From Acutalibacteraceae bacterium (GTDB lineage Bacteria > Bacillota > Clostridia > Oscillospirales > Acutalibacteraceae), in contig JAZRNG010000098.1 in assembly GCA_045648065.1 (NCBI GenBank), positions 1 through 54,138 on the forward strand: a stretch of DNA of 54,138 nt. Reading direction: 5' to 3'. Under the pieces are notes generated by a model. It ran no database searches. It was not told the origin of the DNA and was given only the letters and a program-made list of their open reading frames with translations. Made by a program: the position numbers and the translations under genes. Positions 26,443 to 35,629 of this stretch are shown here, piece after piece. Within the stretch, counting starts at the first letter, position 1; every line of letters starts with the position of its first letter.

Positions 26443-27905
26443 CAGTCAGACTCTCTCCTTTTCTTAAAAATTTCAATATGTTCACGTTCAGAGAAAGGTA
26501 CATACTCACCTTTTATTTTCATATACTGCTCATGTCCTTTTCCGGCAAGAAGAAGTATATCTCCTTTTTCAAGAATACTTAATGCATACTCTACAGCTTC
26601 TCCCCTGTCAGGGATTCCTATATACTTACCGTTAACCTGAGTTACATACTGCGCAATATCATCAATAATATTCTGAGGATCTTCAAAATCCGGATCGTCA
26701 GACGTAAGAATAGACAGATCGCATTCTTTTCCGGTAATAAGGCCGAGTTCTTTTCGTCTGAGCTGAGTCCTTCCGCCTACAGCACCATAGAGTGCAATTA
26801 TACGGTTGTGCGGGTAACTTTTAAGTGTATCAATCATACTTTTCATACTGATACCGTTATGTGCATAGTCAATAATTACATCAAAATCATCACACACATA
26901 TACACACTCAGCCCTGCCGCGTACTCGTATTTCCTTTAAAGCGTCTATATGCTCAGAAGCATTAATTCCCAGTGCATATAAAACAGAGATAGCAGCCAGA
27001 GCATTATATACGTTAAAAAGTCCGGGTAAAGCAACTTCAGTATAAAATTCATCAGTATCACATTTGCACACAAAAGAAATACCAATAAACTTATTATTCT
27101 TAAGCAATTTTACATCTTCCGCCGTAACATCAGCTTTATCAAGGCTGTATGTAGTAACAGGTGATGTACAACTTTTTAACATTTCTTTATACGCAGGGTC
27201 ATCAAAGTTCACTACAGCTTTTTTAGAAATCTCAAACAAAACAGATTTCCAGTACATATAGTCTTGGAAATCAGGATGTTCATTGGGACCGATATGATCG
27301 GGAGAAAGATTTGTAAAAACACCGACTTCAAAATCAACATAGTCGACTCTATGAGTCATAAGACCAATCGACGATACTTCGATAACACATGCTTTGCATC
27401 CGTTATCAAGCATAATCCTGAATATTTTCTGAAGCTCGTAACTTTCCGGAGTTGTATTTACCGTAGGTATTTCTATATCATCGTAGTAAGCACCGACTGT
27501 ACCTATGATTCCGCATTTCATTCCGGATGATTCAAGTAAAGCTTTTACCAAATGAGCTGTTGAAGTCTTACCTTTAGTCCCCGTAATACCTATAACTTTG
27601 AGTTCTTTGGTAGGATGACGGAAGAAATTAGCGGATGCCAACGCAAGTGCAGCTCTCGTATCAGAGGTTAAAACCTGAACAGCATCATCGGGAATTTTAA
27701 CTTTACGCTCAACTAAAAAGCAACGACAACCTGTATCGTATGCTTGCTGAGCATACTCGTGGCCATCGAATCGAGCACCACATAAACAAACAAATATAGT
27801 GCCACACCTTGCTTTTCTTGAGTCATAAACAATATCATCAATATCTACAGCGACATCAGAATCCGTATTAAATTCAATTCCTTTGAGTATTTCGCTTAAG
27901 AGCAT
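26442..27905 (-). CDS. murE: UDP-MurNAc-L-Ala-D-Glu:diamino acid ligase MurE (probably not DAP-adding)
   Basis: GITGTKGKTST, DYAHNG. The position of the DAP-specificity motif DNPR reads DDPD (LTSDDPDFEDP). Confidence 0.88.
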   Translation of the reverse strand: MLLSEILKGIEFNTDSDVAVDIDDIVYDSRKARCGTIFVCLCGARFDGHEYAQQAYDTGCRCFLVERKVKIPDDAVQVLTSDTRAALALASANFFRHPTKELKVIGITGTKGKTSTAHLVKALLESSGMKCGIIGTVGAYYDDIEIPTVNTTPESYELQKIFRIMLDNGCKACVIEVSSIGLMTHRVDYVDFEVGVFTNLSPDHIGPNEHPDFQDYMYWKSVLFEISKKAVVNFDDPAYKEMLKSCTSPVTTYSLDKADVTAEDVKLLKNNKFIGISFVCKCDTDEFYTEVALPGLFNVYNALAAISVLYALGINASEHIDALKEIRVRGRAECVYVCDDFDVIIDYAHNGISMKSMIDTLKSYPHNRIIALYGAVGGRTQLRRKELGLITGKECDLSILTSDDPDFEDPQNIIDDIAQYVTQVNGKYIGIPDRGEAVEYALSILEKGDILLLAGKGHEQYMKIKGEYVPFSEREHIEIFKKRRESD

Positions 27906-27922
27906 AATCTGCCTCCATCACA

Positions 27923-29158
27923 TCATAAAGCCTTACGTAAAAGGGCATCCTTCGGGATTTCAATACTACTTTCAAAACTGAAAATCATCATTGGGTGCGG
28001 AGCCTTTTCAATCGTTTCTCCTGCTTCGTTACGAAGATCTTTAATTATAACTTCGTAAGGTTTTGTACCTCTTTGCAAAACTTCAAGGGTGTCCCCTTCA
28101 AAAATTCTGTTTCTTTGTCTTGCATAAACTCTGCCGTTTTTATAATCAACAACTTCAGCCATTACACTCCAATCACGTTTATAACCACCATCATAGTATA
28201 TCTGTGCATTGTCAGTAGGATGACCGTAGTAAAAACCTGTACAGTACTCACGGCTGCTCATCTTATACATCTCATCAATAACCCACTGCTCCGGTTTGTA
28301 TGTATCGACAGGATTTTTAAGATAACCGTCGATAGCTTGTCTATATGCATTGGTAACAACCGAAGTATAGTAAGCAGACTTTGCTCTACCCTCAATTTTA
28401 AAGCTCGAAACACCTGCTTTCACAAGATCAGGTATGTGTTCAATCATGCACATATCTTTAGAATTCATAATATATGTGCCGTTTTCGTCTTCATCTATGG
28501 GCATATACTCACCCGGTCTCGTTTTCTCCATAAGTGTGTACTGCCATCTGCAAGGCTGGGCACAGTCACCTCTGTTAGAATCTCTACCAACAAGATAATT
28601 AGAAAGCAAACATCTGCCTGAAAAAGAGACACACATAGCACCATGCACAAAACACTCAATTTCAAGTTCTTTAGGTGTTTTTGCTCTTAGTTCCGCTATA
28701 TCCTCCATCGACAATTCACGGGCAGTAACTATACGTGAAGCGCCCATGTTATACCATTCACAAGCAGAAGCATAATTCGTAATTCCTGCCTGTGTAGATA
28801 TGTGAATATCAACATCGGGTGTATACTTTTTAGCAAGAGAAATTACACCAAGATCCGATATAATAAATGCATCAACACCCGCCTGAGCAGAGTCCACAAG
28901 AAACTGTGGCAAACAATCGATTTCATTGTTTCGTGGCACAGTATTACAAGTCAAATAGACTTTTACACCCTTATCATGAGCTGAATCACACGCTTTTTTT
29001 AGCTCATCAGTTGTAAAATTTGAAGGTGCAGCGCGCATTGAAAATGCAGAACCGCCGAGATAAATGGCATCCGCACCAAAATACAATGCACGTTCAAATC
29101 GTTCCATATCTCCAGCCGGAGCAAGAAGTTCAGGAACTAAAGTTAAAGTTTTATCCAT
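27923..29158 (-). CDS. peptidase U32 family protein
   Basis: ELLAPAGD start and the exact U32 signature ECFVHGAMCVSFSGRCLLS. Confidence 0.88.
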   Translation of the reverse strand: MDKTLTLVPELLAPAGDMERFERALYFGADAIYLGGSAFSMRAAPSNFTTDELKKACDSAHDKGVKVYLTCNTVPRNNEIDCLPQFLVDSAQAGVDAFIISDLGVISLAKKYTPDVDIHISTQAGITNYASACEWYNMGASRIVTARELSMEDIAELRAKTPKELEIECFVHGAMCVSFSGRCLLSNYLVGRDSNRGDCAQPCRWQYTLMEKTRPGEYMPIDEDENGTYIMNSKDMCMIEHIPDLVKAGVSSFKIEGRAKSAYYTSVVTNAYRQAIDGYLKNPVDTYKPEQWVIDEMYKMSSREYCTGFYYGHPTDNAQIYYDGGYKRDWSVMAEVVDYKNGRVYARQRNRIFEGDTLEVLQRGTKPYEVIIKDLRNEAGETIEKAPHPMMIFSFESSIEIPKDALLRKAL

Positions 29159-29169
29159 AGAGCACTCCG

Positions 29170-30621
29170 TTAATCCTTGTTGTTGGCCTGAATAATCTTG
29201 ACAAGATTTGTATTATGACCGTCAAGCGTCTCAGAAAGATAAATTTTACCGCTTTCATCATGAGCAAAGTAATAGTAATTTGTTTTATCGGGATACAAAG
29301 CAGCTTTGATTGCATCCATACCCGGATTACAGATAGGTCCGGGAGGCAGGCCCTTATTTGAACGGGTGTCATAATAATTATAATAAGTCAGACCTGCTGC
29401 ATCACCTACTATAGGAGTAACATAATTGCTTATATATAAACCTGTCGAATCGCAACCTAATGTAGGATATCTTGAGTCATTACGAAGTCTGTTGTGAATA
29501 ATCGAAGAAATAATTTTCATCTGCTCAACATTGGCTGCTTCTTTCTGAATTATTGAAGCAATTGTAATTATTTCATCACAGGAATATCCCAGCTTGTCTG
29601 CTCGTGCCTGATATTCGTCTGTCCATTTACTTTCGAAGTTATCAAGAAACTTCTTGATTACATAGTTGGTATCTGCACCAACATAGAAATCATAAGTATC
29701 CGGGAACATATAGCCTTCAAGCTTGAGGTAACGCTTGTCATTATCTTCTATTTCAGTATAGAAATCGTATGAATAATTTGATTTGATTGTTGAGTATAAT
29801 TTGCTTGATTCACAAACATCATTTTTCTCAAGTTTTTCAAAAATCTGCTGAACTGTCCAACCTTCAGGAAAAGAAAGCTGTATGGTTTCAGCTGTAACCG
29901 GAGATTCCATCATATCCTTAAGCATACCCTCAACGCCCATACTGCTACTTAAATAATACTTACCACCAAGATATGTGTCTTCGTCAAAATGACGATATTT
30001 GGTGAAAAGTTTGCAGAACAGCTTGTTTTTTATCAAATCATTTTCATGAAGAATATCTATTACATCTTCATAACTTGAATTTTCCGGAATGGTAACCTCA
30101 ACGCTTTCTTCACTTCTGTTGATAGCAAGCATATCTCCTATGCAAGAAATACCCAAATAAGAAAGTAAAGATGTAGCCAGGATAATTACTGCAAGAAAAA
30201 TTGCTGCTGCTCTGCCACCTACGCTCTGTTTCTTCTTAGAAGCTGCAGGGACATTCTGCTTGATTGGCGGCGGTGTAAATTTGGGAGGCGGTGCCACAGG
30301 AGGTCTTTGTGGCATAACTGGTCTGTTAGGAACATTTTGCCTCTGATAATTACGGCTCTTCTGATAATTTGAAAAATAAATTCCGCCGCTGTTTCCCTGT
30401 TGTTTAGGTGCAGGTTCACCGTTCTGATTATTAATCAGAGATTCATCGATATGAAGAACAAACTTTTTATTGGCGGCATTATTATTCACAGGACGGTTGA
30501 CATTTCTGTTTTTTTCCCGACCGACTGAAGAGTATTCTTCTAAAATACGATTAAGATCGAGTTCAGAATCTCTTGAATTTCCTTCTTTCAATTCGATTAT
30601 CTCCTTTCTCAAAACGGACAT
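29170..30621 (-). CDS. mltG: endolytic murein transglycosylase MltG (YceG) with a long Pro-rich N-terminal extension
   Basis: TM segment AAAIFLAVIILATSLL, ASIIQKEA, GLPPGPICNPG. About 140 aa of cytoplasmic low-complexity N terminus. Confidence 0.88.
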   Translation of the reverse strand: MSVLRKEIIELKEGNSRDSELDLNRILEEYSSVGREKNRNVNRPVNNNAANKKFVLHIDESLINNQNGEPAPKQQGNSGGIYFSNYQKSRNYQRQNVPNRPVMPQRPPVAPPPKFTPPPIKQNVPAASKKKQSVGGRAAAIFLAVIILATSLLSYLGISCIGDMLAINRSEESVEVTIPENSSYEDVIDILHENDLIKNKLFCKLFTKYRHFDEDTYLGGKYYLSSSMGVEGMLKDMMESPVTAETIQLSFPEGWTVQQIFEKLEKNDVCESSKLYSTIKSNYSYDFYTEIEDNDKRYLKLEGYMFPDTYDFYVGADTNYVIKKFLDNFESKWTDEYQARADKLGYSCDEIITIASIIQKEAANVEQMKIISSIIHNRLRNDSRYPTLGCDSTGLYISNYVTPIVGDAAGLTYYNYYDTRSNKGLPPGPICNPGMDAIKAALYPDKTNYYYFAHDESGKIYLSETLDGHNTNLVKIIQANNKD

Positions 30622-31154
30622 TGAAGCGACAACTTAATTCGTTCCGCAGTTTTCTTGTCTAAAAGTACTGAAACAATTTCTTTACTGAAATCAATAGCCG
30701 CACCCATACCTTTTGCTGTAATGATCTTGCCGTCAGTACATACAAAATCTTTACTTACCGTTGCACCTTCCAGTTCATCCTCAAATCCCGGAAAACAACA
30801 AGCTGTTTTTCCTTTAAGTAAACCTTTATGACCTAATATCGATGGGGCTGCACAGATTGCACATATATATTTATCGTTTTCAAAGCAATAGTCTACAAAA
30901 TCATTTACCGTTTTATTAGCTTCAAGATTTAACGTACCCGGCATACCACCCGGTAAAACGATACAATCAATATCATCTGTGATCGAAACTTCAGTCTCAT
31001 CAAGGTCACAGAAAACAGGAATATTGTGTGAACCGGTAATTATCTTACCACCGATTCCAACAGTACAAACATTCAATTCTGCACGACGGATGTAATCAAC
31101 CACTGTCAGCGCTTCAATTTCTTCAAACCCTTTTGCTAAAAAAACGTAAATCAT
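30609..31154 (-). CDS. DJ-1/PfpI (ThiJ) family protein
   Basis: 181 aa. LPGG, nucleophile elbow AICAAPSIL. Confidence 0.85.
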   Translation of the reverse strand: MIYVFLAKGFEEIEALTVVDYIRRAELNVCTVGIGGKIITGSHNIPVFCDLDETEVSITDDIDCIVLPGGMPGTLNLEANKTVNDFVDYCFENDKYICAICAAPSILGHKGLLKGKTACCFPGFEDELEGATVSKDFVCTDGKIITAKGMGAAIDFSKEIVSVLLDKKTAERIKLSLQCPF

Positions 31155-31163
31155 ATTTACCTC

Positions 31164-32015
31164 TCAATCAAGATACATTCCGGCATATAAATCAGTATGA
31201 TCTTTTAAAAAATCAGATAGAACATCGTTAAGTGGAACACACATACCACATTTTGTATATCTTTCCACTACATCTCTACTATTATACACTATTGGTATAC
31301 AAATGTAAACATTTTCTGCATTATTATTGTCAAAATATTCATCAAAAACAAGTGAAATGTCAGAATAATCAGTCAAAAATTCTTTAACAATCAAATCTGA
31401 ATTACTGTTAAAATAATAAAACATAAGTATCGACTTACTTTCAGTCTGCTTTAAAAATACACTTCCACCGTTATATAAATGTTCCTGAACTGTATATCTG
31501 ATACCTTCATCGTCAAACCTGAAGCATTCAACGCTTTTAATCAGACTTTTCTTTACTTCGCAAATTTTATCAATATCTGTAGAGTTATAATTCGGATCAA
31601 ATACAAAACTGCTTTTTACTTTTAAATATTTTTTTCTGAAAACATCAGCAAAACCAAATTTTTTATAGTATGAATATAATTCTTCTTCAGCGGGCACAAG
31701 GAAAATAGAAGAATAATTCAGTTCCATACAGTACTGCTTTGCATATTCAATTAATTGAGCCATAATTCCCCTGTTCCTAAAATCCTTATGCGTACATGCA
31801 GCATAAAGATACTTACATTTACTGTCTGACAAATAACCTTCTAACAGAAAAAGCATAGATACAGGTTTGTCGCCAACAAAATATTCTATACAAACATAAC
31901 CACGACAGTTATCAAGAAAAAAATCAACATATTCTCTCGTATCACCAAAAGAATCAATCCACAGATCAATAACATCATCACGATTCAGATTGTCAGGCTT
32001 AAATATCTTAATCAA
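31164..32015 (-). CDS. GNAT-family N-acetyltransferase with a C-terminal extension
   Basis: HKDFRNRGIMAQLIEYA acetyl-CoA-binding motif. Confidence 0.65.
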   Translation of the reverse strand: MIKIFKPDNLNRDDVIDLWIDSFGDTREYVDFFLDNCRGYVCIEYFVGDKPVSMLFLLEGYLSDSKCKYLYAACTHKDFRNRGIMAQLIEYAKQYCMELNYSSIFLVPAEEELYSYYKKFGFADVFRKKYLKVKSSFVFDPNYNSTDIDKICEVKKSLIKSVECFRFDDEGIRYTVQEHLYNGGSVFLKQTESKSILMFYYFNSNSDLIVKEFLTDYSDISLVFDEYFDNNNAENVYICIPIVYNSRDVVERYTKCGMCVPLNDVLSDFLKDHTDLYAGMYLD

Positions 32016-32878
32016 ATCTTCACCGCCGTAAATTTTTCAAGTAAAATTTCAGGATAATAAGAAAGTTTAGCTTTTCTAAGACCCTCTGAACCAATATCGT
32101 CTTCTCTGTTTACAAATTCATATCCCGTAAGTGTATTTAAAGCAAACAGATTGTTTATCATTGGATACGCACCTCTGATATCAGCAAAAGCCTTTTCGAA
32201 ATGTGTTACAAAAGTCTTTTCATTCAGCTTTTCACCGAATGTAAATGCAACAACACGTCCATCAATACGAAGTAAGCCACCAACAAAACCAAACAAATCA
32301 AAATTTTGGAAACAAAGATTTAAAACTTCACGCTCAGCATCAATACCCTCAGGATCCTTATCCACATTCAAATCGAACCACTTGTTATTCATATCAATGC
32401 ATTCGTGAAGATTCATACTGTTCATTTCTTCGTATGTCCAATTATAAGTTTTCTTGAAATACGAAATATGATTTCTTTTTGAATGATATTTCTTTCCGAT
32501 AAGCTCAGCAAGATCTGAAACCCTATATATATAGTCAAAAGAGTTTCTTGACGGATAAAATACATATTCACCAGGAAACACCTGATTAAGCTTGTCCTTT
32601 TCTTCAACTGTCAAACCATAAAAAGAAGGATAATCGTATTCTTCTTTCAATGACTCAAGAGCCTGTTTCCAATTTTTGCCCTTTGGGAACCCAAACACTT
32701 CATTCTTTTTAATTTTAGCAACAAGACAACCTTCAACCTCGGCTATCTGTGCACCATAATAGTCTGACCAACCGATCAGGTTACTCAAAGCATATTCGCA
32801 GCTCATAGGCTGAGCTTCTGATAAAACCTTCTTAATCCAGTTAAAATCATACATTGTAGGTTGATGAAAATCAAACAT
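32012..32878 (-). CDS. DUF2156-like protein (MprF C-terminal, aminoacyl-lipid-synthase-like domain)
   Basis: 288 aa. The N-terminal pattern (CEYALSNLIGWSDYY) and KRNHISYFKK resemble stand-alone DUF2156 proteins. Called from memory of the family, not verified. Confidence 0.5.
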   Translation of the reverse strand: MFDFHQPTMYDFNWIKKVLSEAQPMSCEYALSNLIGWSDYYGAQIAEVEGCLVAKIKKNEVFGFPKGKNWKQALESLKEEYDYPSFYGLTVEEKDKLNQVFPGEYVFYPSRNSFDYIYRVSDLAELIGKKYHSKRNHISYFKKTYNWTYEEMNSMNLHECIDMNNKWFDLNVDKDPEGIDAEREVLNLCFQNFDLFGFVGGLLRIDGRVVAFTFGEKLNEKTFVTHFEKAFADIRGAYPMINNLFALNTLTGYEFVNREDDIGSEGLRKAKLSYYPEILLEKFTAVKI

Positions 32879-33539
32879 TAGCTAACTCCTTGGCTACTAT
32901 TCCGTAAATTTCTTCACCGATATCATCAATACTGCGAGGTTCATCACCATCATTGCATTTAATTACATGCCATCCCATTTCAACGGCAGCAACAAGTGCA
33001 GCTTCACGACATTTAAGAAGATATTCAATATTGCTTTCATGAATATCTTTCTTAGTTTCATCACCGCTGTATCGTTTACTCATCATCTTCTGCGAAATTT
33101 CGATAGGCATATCAAGATAAATTACTGCATCCGGTTTTGGTATTCCGATTAAATTATATTCAAAATCTTCAAGCCAATCAAAATATTCAGACCAGCATTC
33201 TCTGCAGATTTTAGTAGACTGATGATATGCATTGGATGTAGTGTATCTGTCAGAAATTATAATATCTCCGTTATCGTAAGAATCCTTCCATTTTGTTTTG
33301 AAGTTAGCAAAACGATCTACAGCATAGAAAGCTGAGGCGGCATATGCATTTACGTCATCCGGATTTTTGCCGAATTCACCGTGAAGATACATTTTTACAA
33401 GCGTACTTGACGGACTGTCATAATCAGGAAGTTTTATCTGATGGACCTGCTTGTCCGATAGTTTGGATTTAAGAAGCTCAATCTGCGTTGATTTTCCGCT
33501 GCCATCAAGGCCTTCTATTACAATTAATTTACCTTTCAT
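32871..33539 (-). CDS. tmk: dTMP (thymidylate) kinase
   Basis: P-loop IEGLDGSGKSTQ, SDRYTTS (DRY motif). Confidence 0.88.
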   Translation of the reverse strand: MKGKLIVIEGLDGSGKSTQIELLKSKLSDKQVHQIKLPDYDSPSSTLVKMYLHGEFGKNPDDVNAYAASAFYAVDRFANFKTKWKDSYDNGDIIISDRYTTSNAYHQSTKICRECWSEYFDWLEDFEYNLIGIPKPDAVIYLDMPIEISQKMMSKRYSGDETKKDIHESNIEYLLKCREAALVAAVEMGWHVIKCNDGDEPRSIDDIGEEIYGIVAKELANV

Positions 33540-33558
33540 TCCATGTCACCTCTATTAT

Positions 33559-33586
33559 ATTATAACTATTTTTTCAATATAATCAA
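33559..33586 (-). promoter_or_regulatory. promoter of the tmk-led gene string
   Basis: On the minus strand: TTGATT, 16-nt spacer, TATAAT. Confidence 0.45.
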
Positions 33587-33610
33587 CTACAAAAGGTTAC
33601 AAATTCCAAC

Positions 33611-33641
33611 AAAAGAAAACGCAGCCCTTGCGGACTGCGTT
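33611..33641 (-). terminator. rho-independent terminator after the DUF2804-like gene
   Basis: AACGCAG...CTGCGTT stem with inner GC pairs, then TTTTCTTTT on the minus strand. Confidence 0.7.
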
Positions 33642-33645
33642 AAAT

Positions 33646-34698
33646 TTACCATTTATTATGTACTCTTTCAGCAAAAACCAACTTATCTTTAACCACAATA
33701 ACAGTTCCGTCATCAAGAGTTGCTGTACCTGAAATAAGGCCAAAAACCTGATGAGGTATCATACATATGACCTTAAGATCAATCGGAGCTACACGATCGA
33801 TTATTGGTTTGAAGCTCATTTCAAAACGCCCGTCATTGCTTGTAAATGTCCAATCGGACATATAATCAAAGTCGCCGTTTTTCATCGGAATATTGAATTT
33901 GACCTGATCAAGCTTGTGCGACTTTCCATTAAAGAAAAGCATATTCTCACTTGCAGCAGAAGTATCACCAAAACCATATCCGATATTGAAGCCGAAAATA
34001 TTCCCGTCATCAAGAACCATCTGTCCGCTCCCCCAGTACCACGTGTTATCATAAGTCCATACACCGCGGCCCCAGTCAAGAGTTGCAAGCGCTTTGTTTT
34101 CATTATTAAAGACCCAGTCGATATCATCGTACTTAACAAAACCTTCTGCTCTCATACAGTTGATTTTCTGGTTGTAATAAAAATGCTTATCTTTATCAAA
34201 AGGAGTAGCAATAACCATACTCTCTTCGGGACAATCAGTAAGCTTAACATCGAAAGTTAATGTCTTACCGCTGTTGCAATAATTATCATATTTACCGTAG
34301 AGATGTCGAACTGTGCCGTCATTCTTAAAAGTGACATCGAAAGTACCGGCTTTGGTGCTGACATCCCCTTTGACACTAGTTGAAGGCATTTTAACCTTAC
34401 CTAACGGAAGGATGCCTAATTCACTGTCGTTGAGCTGAAACGGGTTGTCTCCGAATTTCAACAATGACACGGATAAACTGCTTACATAACCGACGTCCGA
34501 GACAGTAAGACAAAGACCGTAATCCTGAGTGCCTATATAGTAATAATCCCACTCTTTAATACGCAGTTTACTTGCTTTTATCGCATTTCGGTCATATTTC
34601 CATAGAAGTTTCTTTGCAAAACCGGGTTCAGCAATGTTTCCTTTGGAATCGAGCAATGGCTGTTCTGTAGTAATTTCGTGCTGAGTGAATTCAAACAT
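33646..34698 (-). CDS. DUF2804-like protein (350 aa)
   Basis: Beta-rich soluble protein with KEWDYYYI near the N terminus. Family assignment is from memory. Confidence 0.45.
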   Translation of the reverse strand: MFEFTQHEITTEQPLLDSKGNIAEPGFAKKLLWKYDRNAIKASKLRIKEWDYYYIGTQDYGLCLTVSDVGYVSSLSVSLLKFGDNPFQLNDSELGILPLGKVKMPSTSVKGDVSTKAGTFDVTFKNDGTVRHLYGKYDNYCNSGKTLTFDVKLTDCPEESMVIATPFDKDKHFYYNQKINCMRAEGFVKYDDIDWVFNNENKALATLDWGRGVWTYDNTWYWGSGQMVLDDGNIFGFNIGYGFGDTSAASENMLFFNGKSHKLDQVKFNIPMKNGDFDYMSDWTFTSNDGRFEMSFKPIIDRVAPIDLKVICMIPHQVFGLISGTATLDDGTVIVVKDKLVFAERVHNKW

Positions 34699-34707
34699 TA
34701 AATCACC

Positions 34708-35610
34708 TTATTTTCTCATTTTTGCAAGATCGCGATAATTTATAAGCTTAAATCCAAGAGATTCAATGTGCTGTCTTGTCTGCGGATCCTTAAGAATCTG
34801 GTACTCCCATACTCTTCTCTGCCAAGCACCTGTTGTGCCCTTGAGATCATCTGTTTCGAGTGAGGGATGCATATATGTTTCTGTTACAGCACCGTCTGGG
34901 AAATGTCTGTAAAGCTCATAAATATATTCCTTGAAGTTGTCATAGCTCTCATCCTGCGGGCCGCCCCATTCATTAGGAATAAGGAAGTCAGGAATAGCAA
35001 CACCCTTCATATCCGCATAAGAAACGATATTTGACAGCAAACCTTTTACCATTTCTTTATCAACTTTGATTTCAAGCATCGTGTTATCAAAAACTTCATC
35101 AGGGAGAATCTTCGGGAAACGGAAAGGCAAACCATACTCGGATGCAACATCAAAAGCAACATTCAGAAGTTCAAAACGTCCTGTTTCAATACCGTAGATT
35201 GAACCCATATGATTATCGACATGAGACGGGTTTGTAAGACCAAGCTTCTTTAATCTTTCAATCTGAGCTCTGCACTCTGCTTCAATTTCATCGATATCAG
35301 CATTGAGTTCAACCTGATCACTCTCGTGATAGAAGAAACCATCCTCATCTCTGAGAGAGTCTGTGTTGGATGCACCGACAGGCGCCCAGCGGTACTTACT
35401 CCACTCACTTGTGAAAGTCCAGTGAACACCTATACCAAGCTCAGGATTTTCTTTTGCAAACTGTGCTGCTTCAGGAGCCCATGCACACGGAGCCATAATA
35501 GTAGAAGATGTAAGTGCACTCTGAGGATCTTTAAAGAGATCCATAACCGCAAGGTTTGCTCCTCTACACATTCCGAAATCATCAGCATTTATAATAAGAT
35601 ACTTACTCAT
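34708..35610 (-). CDS. ChbG/YdjC-family carbohydrate deacetylase
   Basis: N-terminal YLIINADDFGM metal-binding motif, HVDNHMG. Confidence 0.75.
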   Translation of the reverse strand: MSKYLIINADDFGMCRGANLAVMDLFKDPQSALTSSTIMAPCAWAPEAAQFAKENPELGIGVHWTFTSEWSKYRWAPVGASNTDSLRDEDGFFYHESDQVELNADIDEIEAECRAQIERLKKLGLTNPSHVDNHMGSIYGIETGRFELLNVAFDVASEYGLPFRFPKILPDEVFDNTMLEIKVDKEMVKGLLSNIVSYADMKGVAIPDFLIPNEWGGPQDESYDNFKEYIYELYRHFPDGAVTETYMHPSLETDDLKGTTGAWQRRVWEYQILKDPQTRQHIESLGFKLINYRDLAKMRK

Positions 35611-35629
35611 TGCACATACTCCTTATCTA

